From: Candidatus Hydrogenedentota bacterium
GTDB lineage: Bacteria > Hydrogenedentota > Hydrogenedentia > Hydrogenedentales > SLHB01
NCBI GenBank assembly: GCA_963745075.1
Contig: CAVUWV010000024.1
Coordinates: 288,001 to 352,000 of the forward strand
Direction: 5' to 3'
DNA length: 64,000 bases
The notes beneath the pieces were generated by a model. It was not told the origin of the DNA and searched no databases. It worked only from the letters and a program-made list of their open reading frames with translations. A program made the position numbers and the translations under genes. The first letter of the stretch is position 1, and the number at the start of each line of letters is the position of its first letter. Below, in pieces: positions 12,094-22,678 of the stretch.

Positions 12094-13002
12094 TTAGACG
12101 AGCTTCCAGGCTTCTTCCAGTTTGCGCTTGGACTCTTCGACTATTTCCTCCGAGGTTTCGCCGGCCATCGGCTTGACCTCAAAACTGAGTACCCGCCGAT
12201 TCTCCCGGGAAAGGTATCCGGTGTCCAGAAGCACCTTCAAGTATTCGACGAGTTCCGGGACGTCGTTGCGCGTGCCCGGCGCGCCAAATCGCGGATGATT
12301 GTCCCCGTACGCGGGATGATCTGGATCGTCCATGGCGCAATTGCCCATGTGCGCGTGCACAAGATGAGCGCCGGCGGTGCGAATACCGTGGTCGGGCGTC
12401 TCGCCCTGCAACGGCAGGTGGCTCAGATCGAGCATGAGGCCGAATTCCGGATACTCTTTGCGCACTTCCTCCGAGACCGTGACTGCGTCCACGGTTGGCC
12501 CGATGAGACAATTCTTTCCGTAGGGTACCTGGTCAAAAGTCTCCAGGACGAGCGGCAATCCTTTTTCCAGCGCGTACCCGGCCAGTTGACGCAAAGAATC
12601 CACGAGACGCGCCATGGCGGCGTTCTTATCGGGGCTGACCGTGCCGCTTAAGACGGCCACGCCTTTCGCGCCGAGTTCCTCGGCCTGATCGATGCCAATC
12701 TTCACGGCTTCGATGGCTTTGAGACGTTCGTCGTTTTCGGGATGATTCAGGTTCAGCTTCCCGCCGAGGAGGATGGGTTGCGCGCCGAGGCACAGTTCGA
12801 CGTTCAAGTCTTCTGCCAGCGCCCGTGCCTTCTTGCGCACGTCCGGATCGTTGATGCGCGTAATCTCGATCGCGTCGAAGAGCGGGTCCTTGCCCAACGC
12901 TTCCAGGCTCTCAATAATCGGGCCGTCCCCGCCGCCGCACGCGGGATAGGCCATGAAGTGTACGATGCCGATCTTTGCGTAGTCCTGAATGGAACCATCC
13001 AT
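12094..13002 (-). CDS. Sugar phosphate isomerase/epimerase (xylose-isomerase-like TIM barrel)
   Basis: LETFD, LDLSH, HAHMGN, GDNHP, SFEVKP metal-binding pattern. Confidence 0.8.
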   Translation of the reverse strand: MDGSIQDYAKIGIVHFMAYPACGGGDGPIIESLEALGKDPLFDAIEITRINDPDVRKKARALAEDLNVELCLGAQPILLGGKLNLNHPENDERLKAIEAVKIGIDQAEELGAKGVAVLSGTVSPDKNAAMARLVDSLRQLAGYALEKGLPLVLETFDQVPYGKNCLIGPTVDAVTVSEEVRKEYPEFGLMLDLSHLPLQGETPDHGIRTAGAHLVHAHMGNCAMDDPDHPAYGDNHPRFGAPGTRNDVPELVEYLKVLLDTGYLSRENRRVLSFEVKPMAGETSEEIVEESKRKLEEAWKLV

Positions 13003-13041
13003 GGGTTTTACGATCTCCTCATGGTTTTGATTGCGATTCTC

Positions 13042-14495
13042 TTAGACCACGTACGTGGATGCAGAGGTCGCGCCGCCGCGGCCGGTCCAGTTGGTGTGGA
13101 AGAACTCGCCGCGCGGTTTGTCGACTCGCTCATAGGTGTGCGCGCCGAAATAGTCGCGTTGCGCCTGCAACAGGTTGGCCGGCAGCCGTTCGCAACGGTA
13201 GCCGTCGAAATAGGCCAGCGCGGAACTGATGGCCGGTGCGGGAATGCCCATATTCACCGCGGTCGACACGACCCGCCGCCACGCTGCCTGGGCCTTGGAC
13301 ACGGCGTCCTGGAAGAACGGATCGAGCAGCAGGTTGACCAGGTCGTGGTTATCGTCGAAGGCTTCTTTGATCTTGCCCAGGAAAGCCGACCGGATGATGC
13401 AGCCGCCGCGCCACATCAGTGCGATACCGCCGTAGTTCAGGTTCCAGCCGTATTCCGCCGCGGCCGCGCGCATAAGCTGGTAGCCCTGCGCGTAACTCAC
13501 GATCTTCGACGCGTAGAGCGCCTGGCGAAGGTCGTCGACAAACGCTTTCTTGTCGCCGTCAAAGGCGCTCACCTGCCCCTTGAGGTGTTTGGCCGCTTCG
13601 ACGCGCTCATCCTTGATCGCGGAGAGACAACGCGCGAACACGGCCTCGCCGATCAGCGTGAGCGGTTGTCCCGAGTCCAGCGCCGCCACGACGGTCCATT
13701 TGCCCGTACCTTTCTGGCCGGCGCGTGTCCAGAATCAGATCGACCACGGCATTGCCGTCGTCGTCCTTGTGCCCGAGGATGTCGCGGGTGATTTCGATGA
13801 GATACGAATCCAGTTCGCCCTCGTTCCATTCGGCGAAGACCTCGTGCATTTCCTCGTTCGACATGCCGAGGCCCTGCTTCATGAGCTGATAGGTCTCGCA
13901 GATCATCTGCATGTCGCCGTATTCGATGCCGTTGTGGACCATCTTGACGAAGTGGCCCGCACCGCCTTCGCCGACCCAGTCGCAGCACGGCGTCGCCGTC
14001 TTCGGTCTTCGCGGCGATCCCCTGGAAGATCGGCTTCACGTGCTCCCACGCCGCCGGCGAGCCGCCCGGCATGATGGATGGTCCCTTGAGGGCCCCTTCT
14101 TCGCCGCCGGAAACGCCCGTGCCGATGTAAAGCAGGCCCTTGCTTTCGCAGTACTTGGCCCGCCGGATCGTGTCCGGGAAGTGGCTGTTGCCGCCGTCGA
14201 TGATGATGTCGCCCTTCTCCAGGTGCGGCGCCAATTGCTCGATGAAATCGTCCACCGGTTGGCCCGCCTTGACGAGCATCATCACCTTCCGCGGGCGCTT
14301 CAGGCTGGCGCAAAGTTCCTCGATGCTGTGGCAACCCTTAAAATTCTTGCCCTTGCCGCGGCCCTCGATGAACTTGTCCACCTTCGCCACGGTTCGGTTG
14401 TATACCGCAACGGAGAAGCCCTTGCTCTCCATGTTCAACACCAAATTCTCGCCCATGACGGCGAGGCCGATGAGTCCAATATCCATTTCTGCCAT
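13042..14495 (-). CDS. gnd: 6-phosphogluconate dehydrogenase (decarboxylating); two frameshifts near 13994 and 13724
   Basis: [40 protein letters not shown] and [12 protein letters not shown] spread over three frames. Confidence 0.92.
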
Positions 14496-14642
14496 GAGTA
14501 GCAATCTCCTTAACAGGTCTGTGTACCGAATTCCCCCAACGCATGCATTTCCCGCGTGTCGGATTCTCGAATGCCCGCACCGGACGTGGAGGAAACGCAC
14601 AATGAGCCGATTGTACTACAAAACGGGGGGCAGAACGAAGGG

Positions 14643-15557
14643 TCACATCGCCAGAATTTGCTGCCAGCACTCTACGATGCTTTGCTGTTCACGCTCCGGG
14701 GAGTACCGCTTGGCGATGAAGTCCGCCGCGGCCTGGGCCGTTTGACGATGGTCCCCGGCCAGCAGTTCCTCGGCGGTCTGGGCGAATCGAATGATGTCGC
14801 CCTGCTCCACGGGAAAGGCGTAGGGCTCTTTCAGGTACTCCCTGCCGCCCATGGCGTGATAGCCGGCGACGATGCAGCCGCAGCCCATGGCCTCGCAAGG
14901 CGGTAGCCCGAACCCCTCCGGATAGCCGAAGGAGAAGAAGTAGCGGGACTTGCGCAGCACCGCCGCCGCCTCCTCGCGGCTCATGTCGATCATGGGCACT
15001 GCCGGCATCTCGATGCCGCGTTCCCGCAGGATGCTGAACACCTGCTTCGCGTCCTCCATGTTCTTCGACGGCACGAAGGCGATTTGATCGAGCTTTTCCG
15101 CGGGGTCGTAGTAGTAGAGATCCGGGTCGATGCCGTGCGTGGTGCGTAGGATGGGCACATCGGGGAAAACGTATCGGAGGTAATCTTCGTTGTCCTCAGA
15201 CACCACGATGGTCGCCAGCGCGTCCTGGTAATGGTAGGGCCCCGTGAACCCGAGCGGGTAGGGGAAGAACGTCAGGTACGCCCCCTGATTGAAAATCACC
15301 TTGCGCAGCTCAGGGAACAGGTTCGGCCACTGGTGCTCGATGATCGCCGACACCACGACGATGGCATTCGTGTGGGCGACCACTTCCTTCATGTTCTCGA
15401 TGCGGGTCGTGTTCGGGAACCAACTCACCCGGAACCCCGGCTCCACGTGTAACACCGCCGCGTCGATGCCGTGGGCATTCAGCACGTCCACATGGCGATA
15501 ACAGGCCCACATGCCTCCGGATGGTTCGTCGTAGTCTGTGGCGTAATATAAGATCAT
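14643..15557 (-). CDS. Glycosyltransferase, GT4-like
   Basis: PSGG N-terminus and EGFGLPPCEAMGCGC motif. Confidence 0.85.
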   Translation of the reverse strand: MILYYATDYDEPSGGMWACYRHVDVLNAHGIDAAVLHVEPGFRVSWFPNTTRIENMKEVVAHTNAIVVVSAIIEHQWPNLFPELRKVIFNQGAYLTFFPYPLGFTGPYHYQDALATIVVSEDNEDYLRYVFPDVPILRTTHGIDPDLYYYDPAEKLDQIAFVPSKNMEDAKQVFSILRERGIEMPAVPMIDMSREEAAAVLRKSRYFFSFGYPEGFGLPPCEAMGCGCIVAGYHAMGGREYLKEPYAFPVEQGDIIRFAQTAEELLAGDHRQTAQAAADFIAKRYSPEREQQSIVECWQQILAM

Positions 15558-15695
15558 CCATGAATGGAGCCACGCAAGACGTGGCCGATGTAGATTAATC
15601 GCGTGAGCGGTTGTCGGACCGTTTTGTCGATGACTCAGTGTAACGGAGCCTCAGGGAGATTCCAAACCAATGCGCGGTACTGCTTGTGTCTTCTT

Positions 15696-15771
15696 CCTTC
15701 GTGCCCTTCGCGGCTTCGTGGTGACTCTTTTGAATTCAGTATCCACCGCGAAGGCGCGAAGACCGCGAAGG
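15696..15771. repeat. Imperfect inverted repeat built from 9-bp units (CTTCGyGsC / GCGAAG)
   Basis: ccttcgtgcccttcgcggcttcgtggtg ... caccgcgaaggcgcgaagaccgcgaagg. Confidence 0.7.
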
Positions 15772-15786
15772 GGTCTGGTGAACGGG

Positions 15787-17046
15787 TCATCTGATCGTTA
15801 TGGTCACCGCCTCTTTCACTTTGAGCCTCTCGATCGTTTCCTCCAGCTTCTGGAGCACATACTCCCGTGCGGGTGATTTGGGTTGGTCACGGTATTTTGT
15901 CTCAATCTCGCGCTGTATTGACTCAAGCACGTCGAAGCGCGCCTGATTCTCCGGTTCGGGCAAGTTCTCGTACACACGAAGCACCTCGTTGAAGCTGTTT
16001 TTCGCGGCTTGCTGGTCCGCCGGCGAATGTGTCTTCATGGCGTTATCCGCCACGTCGTACAGGACATCCCCCACCATAATCCTCTTTCGAACGAAGTCAA
16101 CTACGGCTGACAAAGCGGTCTCTCCGCCAGGGCGGCAAGCATCTTGAATCAGTTTCGCGAACGCGTGCGTAGCGAGCGGAGCATACACCGGAGGTCCCTG
16201 GAGCTTTGATTCCACAATTGCTGCGAGTTCTTCGGGGGAGGCCGTGTCGATGGCAAGGTATTGGCGCTCGCTGTATGTTTCCTCAGGTTTGAAGCCCAGA
16301 AGGTTGTCAACGTCAATACCCACGACCCGCTTCGCGGTTAGCACGGCACGCAACTCGGGAGCCTCTTGAATAAGGTGCTGGAGTATTTCGTCATATCTGG
16401 AGTGCCACACATAGCCCATGAATCGAAGCCTCGAGCAGGCGAAATCGTGAACGATGGGGTCCGTATCGGGCACGTAATCCTTAAACAAGTCAATTACCGC
16501 ATTCCCGCCGTCATGTGGCACTATGGATGCGCCATAAAACGTCGTTCGGTAAGCGGCGTCCAAGAACCCTCGGACCTTATCCGCCTCACTTGTTCTTTCA
16601 AGTCGATCCTTCACAACCGCAAGGATTCTCTCGCGTTGCTGCGAGCGCACTTCCGGTTGATCGAAGAGCATGCGCTTATTGCATTCCGCAACCCAGCAAA
16701 GACTCTGCATTCGCGCATCCCGAGCAATTTCGGTCAAAGTTCCTTTCTTCTCTATGATTCCCCAGATTGCCTCGGACAAGAAACGCCTTTCGCACTTCTC
16801 GGCCAGCACGGCGTTGTCGTAGGCGTCAACCCCGCCGGGAGGCGTCTCCAAGATGGTATCAAGGTTCTCGATCAGCAGTGGCCCCGTCGCAGTCATATCG
16901 ATTAGGGTTTGTGTCGCTTCGCGGCTACCGAGGTCTTGCGCTTGCGTGGCAGGAGAATCGCGCTCTTCGGACAACGATGTTGCAGCGATTGCCATGAGCG
17001 AGAGGATTGTTGCTATGTATCTCATCGCTATTGGCTCCCTGTTCAT
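15787..17046 (-). CDS. Hypothetical secreted protein, probably alpha-helical
   Basis: 419-aa ORF with signal-peptide-like MRYIATILSLMAIAATSLS. Confidence 0.7.
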   Translation of the reverse strand: MNREPIAMRYIATILSLMAIAATSLSEERDSPATQAQDLGSREATQTLIDMTATGPLLIENLDTILETPPGGVDAYDNAVLAEKCERRFLSEAIWGIIEKKGTLTEIARDARMQSLCWVAECNKRMLFDQPEVRSQQRERILAVVKDRLERTSEADKVRGFLDAAYRTTFYGASIVPHDGGNAVIDLFKDYVPDTDPIVHDFACSRLRFMGYVWHSRYDEILQHLIQEAPELRAVLTAKRVVGIDVDNLLGFKPEETYSERQYLAIDTASPEELAAIVESKLQGPPVYAPLATHAFAKLIQDACRPGGETALSAVVDFVRKRIMVGDVLYDVADNAMKTHSPADQQAAKNSFNEVLRVYENLPEPENQARFDVLESIQREIETKYRDQPKSPAREYVLQKLEETIERLKVKEAVTITIR

Positions 17047-17230
17047 TGAACGAATTTTGCCGATGCCACAACGAAAAGTATGAACGAGGTCGATATCTGA
17101 CCCGGCTTTATCGTGTCAGCGCGCGCCGTGGGCCATTCCAGTTCCCCCGCGAGTCATATGGACGCCGCCCTAAGGTTCTATGCTTTATAGTATCCTATGT
17201 CGTGAAAATCTGCAATGGGAACCGCCAGAA

Positions 17231-17284
17231 TTGTGGTGCAAGTTTCCAGCCTGAAAAACGGCAGGCTGGAAGCCTGCACCACAA
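17231..17284. repeat. REP-like inverted doublet
   Basis: ttgtggtgcaagtttccagcctg ... caggctggaagcctgcaccacaa. Confidence 0.75.
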
Positions 17285-17399
17285 AGGGACCGCAGCTTGG
17301 TGAGATACGAGCGACGTTGCCCCGGCCCTTGAACCCCGGCAAGTGTTTTGCTTGAATGGGCGGACGCACGGGGGCCGTCAGCACCAAGGGAGCCAATAC

Positions 17400-19515
17400 G
17401 TGGAGAACACCGTAAAGAATCCGTTGTGGAAAGTGTCGAGCATTTTTCTTATCGCGCTGTCGCTGTCGATGGGGTGGGGGATACGCGGCAATTACGGGCA
17501 CGAGTCCGGCGCGTGGATTCCCGGCGCACTCGCGGCGATGGCGATCGCGATCTTGTCGCAGCGCGAGGACTGGCGGCAGCGGGTTCATTACTTTGCGCTG
17601 TTCGGCGGGCTCGGGCTCGGGTTCGGCGGTTCCATCTCGTACATGTATGCCCTGTCCTTTTCGAGTTCCGGCTATCTGCCGTCCGCGTGGTATGGGTACA
17701 TGCTGGTCTTCTTCGAAGGTGCGCTGTGGTGCGGGCTCGGCGGCGCAGGGATGGCCCTGGCCGCCACCGCGAAGCGCGACCGGCTCACGGCGCTCATCGT
17801 GCCCCATGTGTTTTGCTATTGCCGCGCTGATTCTGCACAAATTGATCGAAGAGCCCGTCGCGGCGTTTCTGAATCCGCCCGCGGCGGAAGTGATGGACGC
17901 CACCTGGCACCGGCAGAAGAGTCCGCTCTACTGGTTCGACGCGGACTGGTTCTCGGCGTTGATGGTGTTCTTGGGCGTGTGCCTTTACGACCTGTGGAAC
18001 CGTCGACGGGATGCCCGATATGCCATGTCGGCGCTGCTGCTGGTGGCATTTCTCGCGGGCGGCGCACTGGTCGGCTGGGGCGTGCAACAGGGCGTGCGCG
18101 CCGCGGGGATGGAATCGCAGGTCAGCAGCTTCTTGGATGTTCCTCTCGCCGACCCCAGCGCCATCAACCCCACGACGGGCATCGCCTACGGCGATGAGAT
18201 CAACGAGCGCACGGGTGAGCCCTGGGGTTTGGACAACTTCCTGACGAACTGGCCGCAACCCTTCAGCGACTATTCCCAACACGTCGGCTGGGGCGTCGGA
18301 CTTTTCCTGGGGTGGATGCTGTACTTCCTCAACTTCGGGAAGTGGCGCAACGACAGCGGGCTGTTCCTGTACATGTCCATGGGGTGGATGGTGGGCTTCA
18401 TGCTGTTCCCCGTCTTCGGGACGGTCGTGCTCTACCACGTGGGCGTGGCCCTCAAGAACGCGGGCCACGACGTGTACGTGCCGCTCTTCGGCGGGTTCCG
18501 GTTCATGCCGCCCCGGAGCGACGACTGGGCGGGGATTCTGGGCGTGTTCGTTGGCGCCATTATTTACTGCGCGCGCAAGGGGTGGAAACCCGTCGCGCTT
18601 GGCGCGAGCCTCAGCGGGCTCATCGGCGGCATCATGTTTGCCTCGATGAAATTTTTCCGGTTCCTCCTGCTCATTCCGGGCAACAAGTGGCTTCACGAAG
18701 GTACCGTGCCGTCGGACTGGGCCTTCTACCAGAGCGCAAACTGGCACAGCTTCCTCGAACAATCCCAGGGCTTCGGCCACGGCATCGCCTTCGCCGTCAC
18801 GGCGGCGGTGTTGTGGTCCCGCGTGAAGGTCCATCGCGACGAGCCCCGCGTACGGCTCTGGACTGAACCCTTCGCGGTCGGGTTCGTCGTGCTGTTCATG
18901 ACCTACGCAAACATCTACAAGAACGTAGCGGAGTGGACCGGCGGCCAGACGAAGGTCGTGCCTGAATCCATGAGGCCGCCGCTGATCGCGGAACTCTTCA
19001 CTGGCCCGAACCATCCGATTACCTTGAGCGCGCTGACCTGGTTCAACCTCGCGTGGATCGCGGCGGGACTGGCCTTGATCGGGCTCATGATCGTTCACCT
19101 GCGCGGCCGGCGCGTCGAGATGCTGCCGTCCAGTTGGGTCGGGCGCGGCCAACTCATGTACGTGCTCGTGCTGTGGATCATGGTCCTCGGCAATTTCGAA
19201 CGTGCACTGCCCAACTTCGACGAAAATCGTCTGATTACCGAATGGGTGATCCTGATCAACGCGTGCATCGCCACCTTCCTGCTCGGATACCTCCCGAAAC
19301 CGACCGTGGAACTGAACGTCGAAGAGCCGGCGCCGTTTCGTCCCGGCCTCGCCCGCGTGTGGGCCATCGGTCTGCCCGTCGCTTTCGTCCTCATGACCCT
19401 GTACACCTTCGCCGAGCGCGGTGTCCTCGGCAGCACGCCCGTCTATCAGGACCGCTTCGGCCCCAACGCCGAGTGGGCCATCAAACCCATTCTGAAGGAG
19501 GGGAAGCATCGGTAA
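17400..19515 (+). CDS. Large polytopic membrane protein of unknown function; frameshift near 17804
   Basis: GWGIRGNYGHESGA N-terminus (frame of 17343) joins ORF 17593..19515 at VP-MCFAIA; many hydrophobic segments. Confidence 0.75.
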
Positions 19516-19731
19516 GAGGCTGGAGTCCGGAGGCTGGAGGCGGGAGACTGGAGGGGCGCAGGAGAGTGAAGGGTGAAGACGTGCGTTTCGGTCGGGCTGG
19601 GGCGGCTCAGTGGGGCACGGGCGTCTCGCCCGTGGAGGGGGTCGAGTCGTAACGGCGGCTGGCGATGGGCTGTGTAATGGATCAAGACTGGGGAGGGGTA
19701 AAGAGCCAACGGGCGAGACGCCCGTTCCCCG
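19516..19731. repeat. Heptamer-like tandem repeat followed by a REP-like inverted pair (GGCACGGGCGTCTCGCCCGT)
   Basis: ggctgga-type units 19516-19575; 19610-19635 and 19708-19731 are inverted copies. Confidence 0.7.
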
Positions 19732-19892
19732 TTGAGCCCGCCCTCCCTGGAAACCCACAGCGCGGCGGTTGGAATTGCGTGACATCAACTTCGCGAAGTA
19801 GATTCAGCGTGGAGGCGACGCGCGGGGCCATGTAATTTCAGTTTCCTGTGGCGTTTTGCAGTGGTGCGATTCAATGGATGCATGAGGTGGTG

Positions 19893-20996
19893 ATGCGAAG
19901 TTTCTTCCTTGCGCTTGCTTTGGCGATCCCGGTTGGCACATTCGGTCAAGGACCCCCCGTACCGGAGGACCGGATCGTATCGTGGATGCAGGAACTCAAA
20001 CCGTTGCCGAAGATCCATTACTCATGGCCGCTTCCCTACGAAACGATTTCTGACGACGTGTTGTTCGAGTACGTACGTTTGACCCACGCGTCGTCGCTCA
20101 GTGGCGAGTGGAGCAATCAAGAGGCGATCGATCGGGCGGTTGCGGTTTGTGGCCGGGTGAACGCCACCAAGCCGGAGATCCCGGCAACCATCGGCGTGAA
20201 CTATTCGGTCTGGCACAGGCGTTTTGGCAAGGAGTTGCCACCGACCGATACCGGGCCAACCTGCGAGGCGGAACTCGATCACCTGCGAACGCGCATGGAA
20301 GCCATTCGGGACGGGGTGGCGGAAGCGATCGAGAAGCATCAGGTCAACGTGACGGTCAGCGCCATCCTGTTCGACTCGGAACGGTTCCATACGAAGAAAG
20401 ACGATGCGCAGTGGAACGCGGCGATCACACAGAAATACAATGCGGCCTACGAGGTTGTTCGTGATGTTTTCCCCGAGGTGCGCGTCGAATGGTATGCACG
20501 CGGAGCCGTCCAGCCGGGGGCCTCGGCCACCGGCTGGAGCGAGTCAAAGTATTTCACGCTGGACGAAAAGGGGGAGTCCTTTGGCTGCTCGCTGTACGAG
20601 GTGCCGGAGATCGGATACACGCGGGCGATCTTTCGCCGGACCGCTGAGAACGCAGCACGGCATGGCTGTGAGGAGGTGACGCCGTGGATTGCGTTGGCTT
20701 CCGGGTATCGGCGTCAGACGGACCAGTATGATAAATGGTCGATCGATTGGAATTACGACCTCATTTACTCCTGGCAACTTGGGCGGGAACTGAATAATTC
20801 GTGGTTCGGAGTGCCCGAACGGGCCGAGCGCTTCGCGCCGTGGAACAAGGCGACGATTGCGGTCTTCTATCCCGAGCCGTTTGGCCGGTCGCCGCACTGG
20901 GGGCAGCACTTCGTCGCGTACGTCCGTGGCGCGAACGGAATCAAGGAACTGCCGGAAGAAAACGTGTCCGCAGATGACGCAGATTCTCAGAGTTGA
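19893..20996 (+). CDS. Hypothetical secreted protein
   Basis: Signal peptide MRSFFLALALAIPVGTFG, RBS GAGGTG; Trp/Tyr-rich. Confidence 0.75.
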   Translation: MRSFFLALALAIPVGTFGQGPPVPEDRIVSWMQELKPLPKIHYSWPLPYETISDDVLFEYVRLTHASSLSGEWSNQEAIDRAVAVCGRVNATKPEIPATIGVNYSVWHRRFGKELPPTDTGPTCEAELDHLRTRMEAIRDGVAEAIEKHQVNVTVSAILFDSERFHTKKDDAQWNAAITQKYNAAYEVVRDVFPEVRVEWYARGAVQPGASATGWSESKYFTLDEKGESFGCSLYEVPEIGYTRAIFRRTAENAARHGCEEVTPWIALASGYRRQTDQYDKWSIDWNYDLIYSWQLGRELNNSWFGVPERAERFAPWNKATIAVFYPEPFGRSPHWGQHFVAYVRGANGIKELPEENVSADDADSQS

Positions 20997-21130
20997 ACAC
21001 AAGAGCTTAGCGGTCCACCGATTGCACTGATCCACAGCGATTTCAAGATAGCCTCGGACAGAAGACCGCGTGACCAGTATAGACGCCATATGTTCCTCTG
21101 CGTCCATTCCAAAGCATGATATGATGCTCT

Positions 21131-21228
21131 GCGAATACGGGTCTTATGCCCGCGTTGCCGGAGGGGTCTCTTGCCGCAATCGTGCGGCTCAAGGGTGTTA
21201 TCAAGAAACCAGATAACCGTTGTTCGGT
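21131..21228 (+). mobile_element. attI-like integron recombination site, copy A
   Basis: Similar to 22055-22151 up to GTT; ends ccagataaccgtt-GTTCGGT; similarity stops at the G|TT point. Confidence 0.6.
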
Positions 21229-21241
21229 GGGGGAAACGACA

Positions 21242-21700
21242 ATGGAACCACGAATCAGCATCATTACTCTGGGCGTCAATAGCATGCCGGTGTCGATCCG
21301 ATTCTACCGTGACGGGCTCGGATTCCCGACCGATGCGACGGACGACCGGAACTGGGCGATTTTCCGTACCAATGGAACGCGTCTCGCGCTTTACCCGAAG
21401 GCTGAACTCGCAAAGGACAGCGGCCCGGACACCACCCCTGCGGGCGGATTCTGCGGGATCACGCTGGCGCACAACGTCTCGAGTCGGGAGGACGTGGACA
21501 GGATCATTGAGCAGGCCGTCGCCGCCGGCGCCAGCCGGCTGAAGACTCCATCCGAAACGGAATGGGGGGGATACAGCGGGTATTTTGCCGATCCCGACGG
21601 ATATCTTTGGGAGGTCGCCTGGGGCGATGTTTGGGAGTATGACGAGAACGGAACCCTCTGGGGTGGATCACTGGGACCCAAACCATCACCGAACAAGTGA
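21242..21700 (+). CDS. VOC/glyoxalase family protein carried as an integron gene cassette
   Basis: MEPRISIITLGV...ITLAHNV...WGGYSGYFADPDGYLWEVAW; stop codon lies inside the attC. Confidence 0.9.
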   Translation: MEPRISIITLGVNSMPVSIRFYRDGLGFPTDATDDRNWAIFRTNGTRLALYPKAELAKDSGPDTTPAGGFCGITLAHNVSSREDVDRIIEQAVAAGASRLKTPSETEWGGYSGYFADPDGYLWEVAWGDVWEYDENGTLWGGSLGPKPSPNK

Positions 21701-21752
21701 GTCCACGTTTTTTGTCGCCGACGCGCCAAGACCGTGATTCATGACATTCGCC
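21688..21752 (+). mobile_element. attC site of the VOC cassette
   Basis: R'' ACCGAAC is the exact complement of the cassette start GTTCGGT; 5-bp spacer, L'' AGTCCACG, L' CGTGATT, 6-bp spacer, R' ATTCGCC. Confidence 0.75.
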
Positions 21753-21801
21753 GCGCAGAAAGGAGGCATCCCAACCGAGAAGTGCCTTCCGCTCTTCTGA
21801 T

Positions 21802-21887
21802 TGATTTGCAATTCAGATATTCGGGGCTTCGGGTTGCACGCCGCGGTCAAATTCCAAATCCGAATCACGAAATCCGAAACAAATCCG
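21802..21887. repeat. Loosely inverted heptamer-period repeats (AAATCCG-like)
   Basis: gatttgcaattcagatattcggggcttcgg ... caaattccaaatccgaatcacgaaatccgaaacaaatccg. Confidence 0.6.
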
Positions 21888-21993
21888 GATGGCCGAGAGG
21901 AGAAGGACCGAAACGTGGTATCGTGAATTTCCGAGCATGCACGCACGGTCTCGGCGGTGCAATGCAGCCTGGGTACGAGCGACCAGAAGCTGC

Positions 21994-22031
21994 GATTTCG
22001 ATCCCGATAGCGATCCCGATTTGGATGGGAA
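21994..22031 (+). repeat. Orphan copy of the hexamer (nnCGAT) repeat of the four-helix-bundle cassette
   Basis: gatttcgatcccgatagcgatcccgattt is identical to 22601-22629. Confidence 0.85.
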
Positions 22032-22054
22032 AGCGGAGGATGATTGAACATTTT

Positions 22055-22151
22055 GCGCATACAGGCTTTCGGTCAACATTGCCGGAGGGGCTGGTGCTGC
22101 GATCACGGGGCCTGAAGGTGTTATGATGAATCCCGAAAACAGTTGTTGGGG
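22055..22151 (+). mobile_element. attI-like integron recombination site, copy B
   Basis: ttgccggagggg...gtgttatgatgaatcccgaaaacagtt-GTTGGGG aligns with copy A; the end resembles the class 1 attI core CCCTAAAACAAAGTT. Confidence 0.6.
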
Positions 22152-22161
22152 CTGAACATCG

Positions 22162-22635
22162 AAATCGAAATCGGGATCGCTATCGGGATCGAAGAAATAT
22201 GGGACTTGGACACGAAAAGCTTGACGTTTACCGGCTTTCCATTGGCTACGTGGCGTGGGTCTACGAGAAGGCCGACAGCCTGAACGGCGTTCATCGAGCG
22301 GCAAGGGACCAATGGCTGCGTGCCAGTCAGTCGATCCCGTTGAACATCGCCGAAGGCAACGGCAAGACGGCCGCCGCGGATCGGCGGAGGTATTTCGAGA
22401 TTGCGCGAGGCTCGGCATTGGAGTGCGCGGCGATTCAGGATGTTCTGGTTGTCGGCAAGGCCCTGGATAACGTCGAGAGCCAAAGCCGCAAGGGGGAATT
22501 GGATCGTATGGCCGCAATGCTCAGCCGGCTGGGCGGAAGGGGCTACCAAGTCGGCGAGGAGATTGCCACGTACGGAAGCAGCGAAGACGCGTTCGATGCT
22601 GATTTCGATCCCGATAGCGATCCCGATTTCGATTT
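22162..22635. repeat. Perfect 32-bp inverted repeat (22162-22193 / 22604-22635) enclosing most of the four-helix-bundle ORF
   Basis: aaatcgaaatcgggatcgctatcgggatcgaa is the reverse complement of ttcgatcccgatagcgatcccgatttcgattt. Confidence 0.9.
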
Positions 22636-22678
22636 AGATGGGAAGGAATCCCAACATAGCGGATGCGCTGGACGCTGA
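22199..22678 (+). CDS. Four-helix-bundle protein (23S rRNA IVP / Avd-like family) carried as an integron cassette
   Basis: HEKLDVY, DQWLRASQSIPLNIAEG and FEIARGSALEC motifs. Confidence 0.9.
   Translation: MGLGHEKLDVYRLSIGYVAWVYEKADSLNGVHRAARDQWLRASQSIPLNIAEGNGKTAAADRRRYFEIARGSALECAAIQDVLVVGKALDNVESQSRKGELDRMAAMLSRLGGRGYQVGEEIATYGSSEDAFDADFDPDSDPDFDLDGKESQHSGCAGR

Noticed and set aside
13042..14495. gnd as a pseudogene or programmed frameshift
   Set aside because: Both breaks are single extra bases with no slippery sequence, matching the window-wide error pattern.
17794..19788. Long antisense ORFs (also 24373..25914, 2966..4054, 32125..33183)
   Set aside because: Shadow ORFs opposite well-supported genes, expected in high-GC DNA.
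19893..20996. Upstream gene as a third cassette
   Set aside because: No GTT start box complementary to an R'' box and no attC-shaped hairpin after the stop.
20544..21130. Possible integron integrase remnant divergent from attI-like copy A
   Set aside because: None of the minus-strand frames shows tyrosine-recombinase motifs.
21994..22635. CRISPR array or DGR
   Set aside because: The repeats are hexamer-based, partly inverted and irregularly spaced; no cas gene, reverse transcriptase or TR/VR pair is visible.
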